Below, one piece after another: positions 1 through 8,268 of a stretch of DNA of 32,000 nt. The DNA is taken from NCBI RefSeq assembly GCF_000621645.1, contig NZ_JHXR01000002.1, forward strand, positions 180,001-212,000. The letters run 5' to 3'. This DNA is from Vibrio cholerae ATCC 14035. GTDB taxonomy: Bacteria > Pseudomonadota > Gammaproteobacteria > Enterobacterales > Vibrionaceae. A program made the position numbers and the translations under genes. Below the pieces are notes generated by a model. The model saw nothing but the letters and a program-made list of their open reading frames with translations. It made no database searches and was not told where the DNA came from. The number at the start of each line of letters is the position of its first letter. Within the stretch, counting starts at the first letter, position 1.

Positions 1-317
1 CCACCGTTGTCGATTGGCGAGCAGAAGCGGGGCAAGACATCAGCATCAACACACCGCCTCACTTTAATGCCATGTTGTACGTCTATCGTGGGAGCCTGAA
101 CGTTGGGAAACAGTCGGTCAAAGCAGGACACATGGCCATGCTGACAGCCGGAGAACAGCTCACCCTGCGTGCAGAGCAACCTTGCGGCAGCTTGCTTTTA
201 ATGGGGCAACCCATCGATGAACCCGTTGTGCATTATGGACCATTCGTGATGAACAGCATGGCTGAGATTGAGCAAGCGATCCGCGATTACAATGCAGGGC
301 ATTTTGAGACCTACTGA
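1..317 (+). CDS. Pirin-family protein, C-terminal part (5' end outside the window)
   Basis: The frame is open from base 3 to the TGA at 315-317. The tail ...HYGPFVMNSMAEIEQAIRDYNAGHFETY matches the conserved pirin/YhhW C-terminal cupin ending as I remember it. Confidence 0.8.
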   Translation, partial: TVVDWRAEAGQDISINTPPHFNAMLYVYRGSLNVGKQSVKAGHMAMLTAGEQLTLRAEQPCGSLLLMGQPIDEPVVHYGPFVMNSMAEIEQAIRDYNAGHFETY

Positions 318-323
318 TGTTTC

Positions 324-368
324 ATACCCAAACGACTCGGCGTTGCAGGTAGGCAGTAAGTCAGTGAC
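324..368 (+). repeat. Truncated ERIC/IRU-like element (left end only)
   Basis: The sequence cccaaacgactcggcgttgcaggtaggcagtaagtcagtga aligns with the left ends of the copies at 1081 and 25841 with a few mismatches. Similarity is lost after ~45 bp. Confidence 0.6.
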
Positions 369-422
369 AAAGTTCTCTGGAACCAATATGCACAGCCATC
401 GACTGGCCTTTGGAGAGAGTAT

Positions 423-450
423 GCCACACCTGTAAAGGTGTGGCTTTTTT
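423..450 (+). terminator. Rho-independent terminator downstream of the pirin gene
   Basis: Perfect 8-bp stem gccacacc/ggtgtggc with a 6-nt loop, followed by TTTTTT (445-450). It lies between convergent pirin and ppnP. Only the + strand has a U-tract. Confidence 0.75.
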
Positions 451-454
451 CAAC

Positions 455-742
455 TTAAGCAGGCAAAAATTCACACAGATAAGCGGTCGCGACTTCCACT
501 TGCAGATCAAAAGAGGAATTACCCGCCACTTCAAACGCTTCACCTGCAGTAAAGGTAACCCAGTCAGCATCGGTGACACGCTTAATAGTCAGCGCACCTT
601 TGACTACCGTCATGCGCTCTGGTGCACCAGTACCGAAAGTGTATTGGCCAGGAGCCATCACACCAACCGTACTCTCTCCATCTTGCTGGCTGAAGCCCAG
701 TGACTTTACGTTGCCATCAAAATACACGTTTTCCTTGATCAT
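455..742 (-). CDS. ppnP: Pyrimidine/purine nucleoside phosphorylase PpnP (YaiE, DUF1255)
   Basis: The 95-aa product MIKENVYFDGNVKSLGF...AYLCEFL is collinear with E. coli PpnP (MLQSNEYFSGKVKSIGF...SYLCRYL). I chose the ATG at 742 (SD aggaag upstream) rather than the ORF-track start at 769. Confidence 0.9.
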   Translation of the reverse strand: MIKENVYFDGNVKSLGFSQQDGESTVGVMAPGQYTFGTGAPERMTVVKGALTIKRVTDADWVTFTAGEAFEVAGNSSFDLQVEVATAYLCEFLPA

Positions 743-1080
743 TTTTTCTTCCTGTCTGTCATCAATCACTACAGTCGTTTGACTGCAAAATTCAAGCGAG
801 AGTTGTAACCCATCACTTCACTTTGTACAAGTGCCAGCAATACGCCTTTTGCTAGGAGGTATATACTCATAACAAGGGTGAGAGCATTGACTCGGTATCG
901 GATATGAAACATTCCTCACGAAGCACTCATTTTATTTGAGGATAAAATCACGCTTTTACCGTATGCTTTTTGCGGTTAGAGGTCGCTTAGCACAAGCTAG
1001 GCAGCGGCATAAACCAAGGCACGATGCCTTGTCGCCAAATCCAACATTTTGGGTTATCCGATGCCCTTAACGCCATGAAC

Positions 1081-1206
1081 TATACCCAAACGACTTGGAG
1101 TTGCAGGTAGGCGGCAAGTCAGTGAATCCCCATGAGCATAGGCAAACTATGTGATTGGAGTGAACGAACGCAGCCAACACCGCTGCAACTTCAAGTAGGA
1201 AGGGTA
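1081..1206 (+). repeat. Full-length ERIC/IRU-like intergenic repeat (~126 bp)
   Basis: Terminal inverted repeats are tatacccaaacgacttggagttgcag ... ctgcaacttcaagtaggaagggtat. The core gtgaatccccatgagcatag...ctatgtgattggagtgaacgaacgcagcc resembles the ERIC consensus (GTGAATCCCCAGGAGCTTACAT / AAGTAAGTGACTGGGGTGAGCG) recalled from the ERIC-PCR primers. Confidence 0.8.
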
Positions 1207-1280
1207 TCAAGTTCTACACTGAGCGTTGGGTGATTATTTGTTTGCCATAAACCGTTGTTTGTCATAAACCAAGTGAGAAA

Positions 1281-1721
1281 ATGTCAAAAGAGCTGGTCTT
1301 TAAATCTGTATTCTGGTCATCACTCTCTATTCTCGGGGTGGCATTTGCTATGCTGCTCTACGTGAGTTATCAAGACTACGTGAATCCTAAACACGTTTTC
1401 GGTTCTTGGATTGAAATCGGTGCACCGAATTACCAAACCGAAGTGCTGCGTTTTAATGAACAAGGTGTCTATCGCAATGATCGCTTGATCAGTACCAACT
1501 TTGAATTTGACGGAGCTGCCATCACCATTCGTACTGGCAATGGCATCTTCGTTTACGAGCTCTCAGGTACCTTTAACTCGCCACAATTGAAACGAACTCA
1601 ACCGATCAACCCTGTGCAGCGTTTTATTCGCCAAGGGTTTGAACATACTGTCAGTGATCAGGGAAATAACGCCGCGCAGCTTAGACGCTCGGCGTTATCC
1701 GAACACTTCAACGAAAAATAG
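1281..1721 (+). CDS. Hypothetical protein with an N-terminal membrane anchor (possibly a Vibrionaceae-restricted DUF family)
   Basis: 146-aa ORF with one hydrophobic helix (FWSSLSILGVAFAMLLYV) followed by a soluble domain. I recognise no catalytic motif. Weak SD gtgaga. Confidence 0.6.
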   Translation: MSKELVFKSVFWSSLSILGVAFAMLLYVSYQDYVNPKHVFGSWIEIGAPNYQTEVLRFNEQGVYRNDRLISTNFEFDGAAITIRTGNGIFVYELSGTFNSPQLKRTQPINPVQRFIRQGFEHTVSDQGNNAAQLRRSALSEHFNEK

Positions 1722-1729
1722 CCTCCCGT

Positions 1730-3007
1730 TTAACACTCCGTTGCACGAGATAATCTCTCTTTCTCCCCCATTTCTTGCTCTCGCTGCGCCAAGTAGTACA
1801 AACCCATCATGGCTAAGCACAAAACAAAACAGAGCCCGTATAACCACTGTGCGTTGAGATATTCGATCATCATACCTCCAGCCAGTGGAGCAATCGCAAA
1901 ACCTAACGAATAAAGCGCTGCCGCACCAAAATAAGAGCCTCGTAAATGAGCGGGGGCTAAACGGTCAATCTGCACATTTAGCGTCGGAAATGCGATCACC
2001 TCCCCCATACTCAAGACAAAACAAGCCAAATACCAACCTAATGGAAAAGCTTCAGGGGTGAACATAAAACCGACTTGCGCAAGCCCCATCAAAGCCATTC
2101 CCAAGCGCGTACGTGTAAACAACGGCACGCTTTCCAACAGTTTCAATGTCGGAAACTGGAATAAAATAATGGTCATGGTATTGACCAATACTAACCCGGC
2201 CACCAACTGAGCCGCATCCGCAATCCCAGAGCGAACAATCACTTGCGGCAATGAGGACTCAACCTGACCATAAACAAACATCATCAGGAAGTTAGCCAGC
2301 ATCATTTTAACGAACACATTGTCTTTACTGATCACACGTAAAGTGGCAGAAAAATTGGGGAGAAGTGAGCGATCTGGTTGTTGGAAACGTCCTTTACGCT
2401 CCAAAGTGGCGAGCAACCATAAACCAAACAGAAAATACGCTATGCCCGTGACGATAAACAGCACTTGCGGATGAGCAAGCGCAAGGGTAATTCCTATTAA
2501 TGGGCCAATGGCTCCCCCAAGGTTAAGCAGAAAATAACGGACATTGAGCGCCAATTCACGATCTTTTTCATCGGGTAAGTTATCCCCAATCACCGCTTTG
2601 CCGGGCGCTTCAATCATAGGGCGCATTAATCCAGTTAAAACGATCATGATGAAAAATTGCCAGATTTGATTTGAAAGCCCGATACCAGTGTAAGCAAACG
2701 TCGCGATCAGGGTACCGCTGACCATCACCCATTTGCGGCCAAACTTATCAGAAAGATACCCTGAATAGAGCCCCGTTAACGAGCCGACCAGTGCCGATGT
2801 TGCCAACATGGCCCCCACTTCTGTCGCTGTCGCGTGATAATCTTGATACAGAAACACGACTAAAAATGGCCAAGCCATAAAAAAGCTGGTGCGCGCAAAT
2901 AAAGTGCCAATAAGTACTGTCCAGACAGGAAAATTGAATCGACCCACCCTTTCCCACTGAAATAAACTCTCACTACTTTCTATGCCTTTTTCCTTACTTT
3001 TCCCCAT
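1730..3007 (-). CDS. MFS transporter (MdtH/drug-H+ antiporter-like)
   Basis: Roughly 12 predicted hydrophobic segments, plus an MFS loop motif GYLSDKFGRK between TM2 and TM3. I chose the start at 3007 (strong SD aagggaaggga) rather than 3034, which has no SD. Confidence 0.85.
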   Translation of the reverse strand: MGKSKEKGIESSESLFQWERVGRFNFPVWTVLIGTLFARTSFFMAWPFLVVFLYQDYHATATEVGAMLATSALVGSLTGLYSGYLSDKFGRKWVMVSGTLIATFAYTGIGLSNQIWQFFIMIVLTGLMRPMIEAPGKAVIGDNLPDEKDRELALNVRYFLLNLGGAIGPLIGITLALAHPQVLFIVTGIAYFLFGLWLLATLERKGRFQQPDRSLLPNFSATLRVISKDNVFVKMMLANFLMMFVYGQVESSLPQVIVRSGIADAAQLVAGLVLVNTMTIILFQFPTLKLLESVPLFTRTRLGMALMGLAQVGFMFTPEAFPLGWYLACFVLSMGEVIAFPTLNVQIDRLAPAHLRGSYFGAAALYSLGFAIAPLAGGMMIEYLNAQWLYGLCFVLCLAMMGLYYLAQREQEMGEKERLSRATEC

Positions 3008-3194
3008 ATTTTCCCTTCCCTTAAGTCCTGACATTGTTGGGCGCTGGACATCACACTTTGTTTGTTATTTCTTCAATATAAAGAGAAAAAATGGGCAAAG
3101 ATAGCGGAATTTCACAAAGCAATAAGAACAGAAATAAATATCACAATGACTTAATTAATCTCTTCCTAAACAGACAGTTATCAATTCTGAAGAA

Positions 3195-3232
3195 AAAGAA
3201 AAAAGCCGCAGGAACAGTATTATCCTACGGCT
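3195..3232 (-). terminator. Rho-independent terminator of the MCP gene at 3297-4925
   Basis: On the minus strand, agccguagga / uccugcggcu form a 10-bp stem (one G-U pair), followed by a run of Us (plus-strand aaaaaag...). It lies ~60 nt after the MCP stop codon. Confidence 0.7.
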
Positions 3233-3296
3233 TTTTCATCGTTTATTCAGCGTTTAACACTTGATTGTATGTGGATCGCTAAATTTTCGTTTTTCT

Positions 3297-4925
3297 TTAC
3301 AGCTTGAAGAAAGAGAGCTGCGCTTTTTGCTTCTCCGCAAGGTGCGAAAGCTCATTGCTGGCGCTAGCACTCTGACTGATACCCGTCACGTTCTGATGTA
3401 CGAGAGTCGACATGTTCGATACGTTACGATTGATGTCCTGCGTCACGTGAGATTGCTGCTCCGCCGCGGTGGCAACTTGGGCATTCGAATCATTAATATC
3501 CGAGACCGATTCTGTAATGCCGATTAAGGCGTCATTGGCTTTGGCCGTCAGCGCTTTATTTTGAGTCAACATATCCAAGCTTGTTTGCATGCTGTCGTTC
3601 GCCATTGTTGATTGAGTCTGTAACTCTTCAATAATCGCTTGGATCTCTTTCGTAGAGGCTTGCGTGCGCGCAGCCAACATACGAACTTCATCGGCAACCA
3701 CAGCAAAACCACGGCCAGATTCACCTGCACGAGCCGCTTCAATCGCCGCATTCAATGCCAGCAGGTTGGTTTGATCCGACACACCACGGATCACTTCAAT
3801 CACGTTGCTGATCTGCTCAGATTGCTCTTTCAAACGCAGGACCACACGCGCAGCATCATTCAGAGCCAGCGCCATCTGTTCACTGGCTTGACTGCTCTCT
3901 TTGAAAATCGCAAGGCCTGATTTTGCCAGCTCATCGGCTTCACGCGCTGTTGCATCCGCAGAAGAAGCATTATCGCTGACGTTATCTGCCGTGCTCGCGA
4001 GTTCATTCACTGCGGAAGCCACTTGCTCAATTTCCATCAGTTCCATCTGCGCATTGGATTCCGCTTGAGTCATCACCGCAGCAAGCTCTGTCGAAGCCGA
4101 TGCCACCTCTTCACTAATACGGGTCAGTTGCTCAACAGTGGTGTACAGCTGTGTGACGGTGGTATTCACATCTTGGCTCAACTTGGCAATTTCATTTTCA
4201 CCGTCCGCATCGGCTTTTACAGAGAGATCACCTTGTGCCAACTTACGCATCACTGATTGCAAGCTATTGATAGGAGCAACGATTTGCCCCGATAGCAGCC
4301 AAGCCGCAAGTACCGAGAGCATCAATACCGAGAGCACGGTGATCATCGCATTGCGCATCACAACCGCATTGCTTTGCGCACTCTGCTCCATAGACGTAGT
4401 CGCGTAGTGGTTCACTTTCTGAGACAAGTCATTGATCGCACTGATCATACGATTCCCCGTCTCGCGGAAACTCTGGATGAAAACGTTCGCTTCTTCTCGC
4501 GTGGCTAAGCCTTGGTCTAAACGATTAAACAGCGCAACCATCTTCTGTGATTCAGCCACGTAGATTTCAATAGACTGTTTCACCACAGGAACATCACGGC
4601 TAAATTGTGCATCTTGCTCTATTGAACTCAGAGCAGATTGCACTTCCGTCAAACCCTCTCGCAGTTCAGCGATGAAGTTATTACGGCGTTCAGCATCATA
4701 AATTGCATACACAGCGCTAATTCGCAGCGGATAAATCGTATCGTCGATTTGTGCGATGGTGTCTTTATAACGTACCAACGCATGAGTGTTATCCGCAATC
4801 GCTTGTTGCTCATGAGTTAAGTTGACCTTAGTGATCCACAGAGCAATCACCAAAGCAATCATAGTAAATAAAACAGGGAGTAGGACTTGTAGCCGAATGG
4901 ACAAGTTTTTCAGCGAAAATGGCAT
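3297..4925 (-). CDS. Methyl-accepting chemotaxis protein with a helical (4-helix-bundle-like) periplasmic domain
   Basis: Two TM segments flank a ~180-aa helical domain, followed by a HAMP region and the MCP signalling hairpin [50 protein letters not shown] chose the start at 4925 (SD aagagg) rather than 4982. Confidence 0.9.
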   Translation of the reverse strand: MPFSLKNLSIRLQVLLPVLFTMIALVIALWITKVNLTHEQQAIADNTHALVRYKDTIAQIDDTIYPLRISAVYAIYDAERRNNFIAELREGLTEVQSALSSIEQDAQFSRDVPVVKQSIEIYVAESQKMVALFNRLDQGLATREEANVFIQSFRETGNRMISAINDLSQKVNHYATTSMEQSAQSNAVVMRNAMITVLSVLMLSVLAAWLLSGQIVAPINSLQSVMRKLAQGDLSVKADADGENEIAKLSQDVNTTVTQLYTTVEQLTRISEEVASASTELAAVMTQAESNAQMELMEIEQVASAVNELASTADNVSDNASSADATAREADELAKSGLAIFKESSQASEQMALALNDAARVVLRLKEQSEQISNVIEVIRGVSDQTNLLALNAAIEAARAGESGRGFAVVADEVRMLAARTQASTKEIQAIIEELQTQSTMANDSMQTSLDMLTQNKALTAKANDALIGITESVSDINDSNAQVATAAEQQSHVTQDINRNVSNMSTLVHQNVTGISQSASASNELSHLAEKQKAQLSFFKL

Positions 4926-5138
4926 GCTTAACCTCTTTAAACGCAATGCACGCATCCATGCAAATGGGAGTATTCCCAGCACAAAAAATCGCCAAAATAT
5001 TAGATCTTAATCACAAATTTGTCCACATTAAATAGGGTTATTTTTCAGGTATTTATGAATAATTCAACGTCAAAAATACAGAACATGAGCCAAAAAAATG
5101 ACAAACGCTGCATAAATGACAATTTGTATTTTTATATG

Positions 5139-5174
5139 AAAAAGTATGAACACAACTTATTGTTGTGTTCATAC
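5139..5174 (-). terminator. Rho-independent terminator of the Lon-like protease gene
   Basis: Perfect 13-bp stem gtatgaacacaac/gttgtgttcatac with a 5-nt loop. On the minus strand it is followed by UUUUU. Confidence 0.8.
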
Positions 5175-5196
5175 TATGGGTAAAGAGAGAGGAGGC

Positions 5197-7557
5197 TTAT
5201 TTACGTAATGCGTTGAGTTTGGCTTGAGCAAGACCAAATACGGTGTCCACCGGGTAGCTGCCATCATCAGTTGCGACGCCAGCCGGTTTGCCAGTGAAAA
5301 TCTCGATCGCTTCGGTCACATGATCAATCGCCCAGATATGGAATTCACCTTTTTCCACCGCTTTCACAACATCAGCGCGCAGCATTAGGTTATGCATATT
5401 AGAGCGTGGAATGATCACCCCTTGGGTATCTTTGCGTCCTTTGATGGTACACACATCAAAGAAGCCTTCGATCTTCTCATTTAAGCCGCCAATCGGCTGC
5501 GATTCGCCAAACTGGTTCATGGATCCGGTAATCGCGATATCTTGTCGATTCGGCTGTTTCGAAAACGCAGAAACAATCGCACAGAATTCCGCCATGCTCG
5601 CACTGTCGCCATCCACCCCACCATAGGATTGCTCAAAGGTTATGGTAGTGGTCAACGGAATACGTGCGGTGCGCCCAAACACCGAACTGAGGTACGCAGA
5701 CAAAATCATCACCCCTTTGGAGTGAATACTGCCACCAAGATCGACATTGCGTTCAATATCAATGATCTCTCCCTCACCGTATGACGTTGTGGCCGTGATT
5801 CGATTTGGCATACCAAACGCGTGATCGCTGGTTGCCAACACCGACAACGCATTCACTTGCCCTATAGCCACCCCTTCAGTTTGAATCAGCGTGGTGCCAT
5901 TGACGAAGGTTTCCATCATGCTCTGTTGTAGGCGGTTCACGCGCAGTTCTTGGTTACGCAATGCCTCCTCAACATGGCTTTGACGGATCAAATTCGCATT
6001 GGCCTGTTTCGCCACATAGTTAGATTCACGCAGCAAATTGGCAATATGGGCCGAGTGTAACGACAGTTTGGTTTGATCGCCCGTGGTGCGCGAACTGTGC
6101 TCGATAATGCGCGCGATGGCTTTACGGTCACAGTGCAGCATATTGGCATCATGCACAATACTGGAAATAAAGCGTGCATAGTGCAGCTCTGAATCGGCAT
6201 CACGCGGCATTTCATCCGCAAAGTCTGCTGTCACGCGAAACAGTTCACTGAATTCGGGATCATAATGCGCCAGCAATTCATAGGTGCGGTAGTCACCAAA
6301 CAGGATAATTTTCACATCGAGCGGGATGGGCTCGGGATCGAGCGAAACTGTGCCAGTGAGTGTGACTTCTTTTTCCAATGAAGTGAAACTGAGCTGACGC
6401 GAACGCAGCGCACGCTTCAATCCATCCCACACATAAGGCTGTTCGAGTACTTTTACCGCATCCATGAGCAGCACACCACCATTGGCTTTGTGCAAACTGC
6501 CGGGACGGATCAGAGAGAAATCGGTAAACACCGTGCCTTTGTAGGTCGCAGTTTCAATGTAGCCAAATAGAGAGTGGTAGTTTGGGCTCTCCTCAACCAC
6601 GATGGGAAACTCTTCAGCATTGCGACTAACCAGCACGTTCACTTTATAACGGCGTGGCATTTTTTTATCCAAAGACGCATTCGCAAGCTCACCTTGGTCA
6701 CCGCCTTCATCAAGAAAAATCTCGACATTTTCCACAATATCTTTTTGCAGCTCGGTCAAATACGCCTTGATTTCTGGGTACTTACTGTAATCAAGCTTCA
6801 GTTTTTTAATAAAGTGGGCAATCACATCTAAAGTGACCTCATCATTCAGTTTTTTGATTTTCTCACTGTATGACTCTTCCCACTCGGTCAACTGACGCAC
6901 CATATTGCGCAAACTGACTTCCAACTCATCAATCGTATTACTGAACTGCTCTTGCTCACGTTTAGAGAGCGCATCAAACGTCTCTTCCGTGTGCATCTCC
7001 TCACCGTTTAGAGCGACAAATTGATACTCCCCTTGAGGAGTCAAGGTTAAACTCACTCCCCGCTCTTTTGCGGTGCGAGTGATGCTTTCCAGTTCACTTT
7101 CTTGCTTTTGTGCAAGCTGGTTTTTTAACTTTTCAGCACGGCTGAAGTAGATTTCATTATCGAATGCCAATGGGATAGCCGTGACCAGTTTGGTCATCAG
7201 TTTTTCAATATCTTGACGAAATTGAATGCCTATCCCACAGGGTAATTTCAGCACTTTAGGTACGCGCACATCCTCAAAATTCGCTACATAACACCAGTCA
7301 TACAGTTTATTGACATCGTGTTGATGGCGGCTGAGATAACGCAAAATCATAGTACGCTTGCCTAGCCCATTGCGGCCAATCGCGTAGATGTTGTATCCCT
7401 TCTCTTTGATTGACATCGCAAACTCGACCGCCTTCTGCGCTCGCTCTTGTCCAACGATCTCATCGATCGGTGCAAGTTCTTTGGTTGACTTACACTCTAG
7501 CTTTTCCAGTTTTGCGACTTGGTAGAGCTGCTCAAAACTCAGATGCTGAATCGCCAT
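5197..7557 (-). CDS. Lon-like (LonC/YcbZ-type) serine protease with a divergent AAA-like N-terminal module
   Basis: The C-terminal Lon protease domain has the serine motif GGVDGDSAS (Ser codon 5602-5604) and the lysine motif GGLNEK. The N-terminal P-loop-like sequence is GRNGLGKRT (7351-7377). The LonB-like Walker-B region reads GGVLLMDAVK. A long helical insert lies between them. Confidence 0.85.
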   Translation of the reverse strand: MAIQHLSFEQLYQVAKLEKLECKSTKELAPIDEIVGQERAQKAVEFAMSIKEKGYNIYAIGRNGLGKRTMILRYLSRHQHDVNKLYDWCYVANFEDVRVPKVLKLPCGIGIQFRQDIEKLMTKLVTAIPLAFDNEIYFSRAEKLKNQLAQKQESELESITRTAKERGVSLTLTPQGEYQFVALNGEEMHTEETFDALSKREQEQFSNTIDELEVSLRNMVRQLTEWEESYSEKIKKLNDEVTLDVIAHFIKKLKLDYSKYPEIKAYLTELQKDIVENVEIFLDEGGDQGELANASLDKKMPRRYKVNVLVSRNAEEFPIVVEESPNYHSLFGYIETATYKGTVFTDFSLIRPGSLHKANGGVLLMDAVKVLEQPYVWDGLKRALRSRQLSFTSLEKEVTLTGTVSLDPEPIPLDVKIILFGDYRTYELLAHYDPEFSELFRVTADFADEMPRDADSELHYARFISSIVHDANMLHCDRKAIARIIEHSSRTTGDQTKLSLHSAHIANLLRESNYVAKQANANLIRQSHVEEALRNQELRVNRLQQSMMETFVNGTTLIQTEGVAIGQVNALSVLATSDHAFGMPNRITATTSYGEGEIIDIERNVDLGGSIHSKGVMILSAYLSSVFGRTARIPLTTTITFEQSYGGVDGDSASMAEFCAIVSAFSKQPNRQDIAITGSMNQFGESQPIGGLNEKIEGFFDVCTIKGRKDTQGVIIPRSNMHNLMLRADVVKAVEKGEFHIWAIDHVTEAIEIFTGKPAGVATDDGSYPVDTVFGLAQAKLNALRK

Positions 7558-7760
7558 GGCTCCACTCCTTCCTTCGAGATTCTTTACTTCATATGTAGCT
7601 CAAGTGTAGAGATAAATCATTGTCTTTTTAGTGACTTATTCCTAATTCAAGACCAAGCGGACAAATAATAGCCAAAATCCACCAAACACAAAACGGTAAT
7701 TATTTGCATTTGAGAATAAATTGCATTTAAATATCCCTTTCTTGGCGGGGAGAATGGACC

Positions 7761-8255
7761 ATGGAATTACAGCAGTGTTGGAACAGTTTTTTGCAGGCTG
7801 AACAGTTACTCAAGCAAGGACACTGGTCGCAAGCCCATTACTTGTTAGAAGATGTTCTACACTACATGCCGCAACATATTCACAGTGCCGCACATGATGA
7901 GCAGACGAAACCATGCCAGATGGCGTGTTTGATCACTGGTCTGCGTGATGCCGCTATTGCGCAGTCTGAAATTTTCAACAACATCGGCCAGTATCAACGC
8001 GCGTTTGATGCCCTCAATCAAGCCTATGCTCTGTTGCAATTTCTATCGATTGAAGAAATTGACTTGATGCGCCGCCTTAATACCACCCTATGCCAAGTGA
8101 GCGAATATCTGCTGCGCCATATCAATGCCTTTTGCTACGCGCAGCGCAGTGCCGAATGGCAGTTGGAATATCAACAAGTGGAGAAAGCACACTTCTACTT
8201 TAACCAGTTAAGAAGCAGCATGGCTTTACCCACCGCATCTCCCGTGATGAATTGA
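7761..8255 (+). CDS. Hypothetical all-helical protein (164 aa)
   Basis: ATG with SD ggggag. The composition suggests helices (possibly TPR-like), with no signal peptide or TM segment. Its stop lies 13 nt before the next gene's ATG. Confidence 0.55.
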   Translation: MELQQCWNSFLQAEQLLKQGHWSQAHYLLEDVLHYMPQHIHSAAHDEQTKPCQMACLITGLRDAAIAQSEIFNNIGQYQRAFDALNQAYALLQFLSIEEIDLMRRLNTTLCQVSEYLLRHINAFCYAQRSAEWQLEYQQVEKAHFYFNQLRSSMALPTASPVMN

Positions 8256-8268
8256 ATAAGGAAATACA

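Noticed and set aside
1081-1206. The ~126-bp palindromic repeats as integron attC sites (Vibrio cholerae repeats of the superintegron).
   Set aside because: There is no cassette array: no short promoterless ORFs separated by regularly spaced repeats, and no intI. The sequence matches my recollection of the ERIC/IRU consensus and not the attC R''-L''...L'-R' organisation.
3655-3790. Recurring DNA segment also seen near 11190-11300 and 25130-25240. I considered it as a dispersed repeat or recombination substrate.
   Set aside because: It is the conserved MCP signalling-hairpin coding region (..[30 protein letters not shown]..) of three paralogous genes. By eye the nucleotide identity is only moderate, with synonymous differences throughout and no long identical run. 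It reflects protein-level conservation and is not a repeat element.
5197-7557. Lon-like protease as BrxL, marking a BREX or other defence island.
   Set aside because: None of the other BREX hallmarks (PglX methyltransferase, PglZ phosphatase, BrxA/B/C) are in the window, and no integrase or mobile-element gene is present. The neighbours are housekeeping-type genes. The architecture fits the LonC/YcbZ type better.
7697-7730. Direct repeat atttgcattt / aattgcattt, and a Fur-box-like AT-rich stretch (gagaataaattgcattt), in the protease/hypothetical divergent promoter region.
   Set aside because: By hand alignment only about 10 of 19 positions match the Fur consensus GATAATGATAATCATTATC. The short 8-bp repeat sits in AT-rich promoter DNA and is easily explained by chance.
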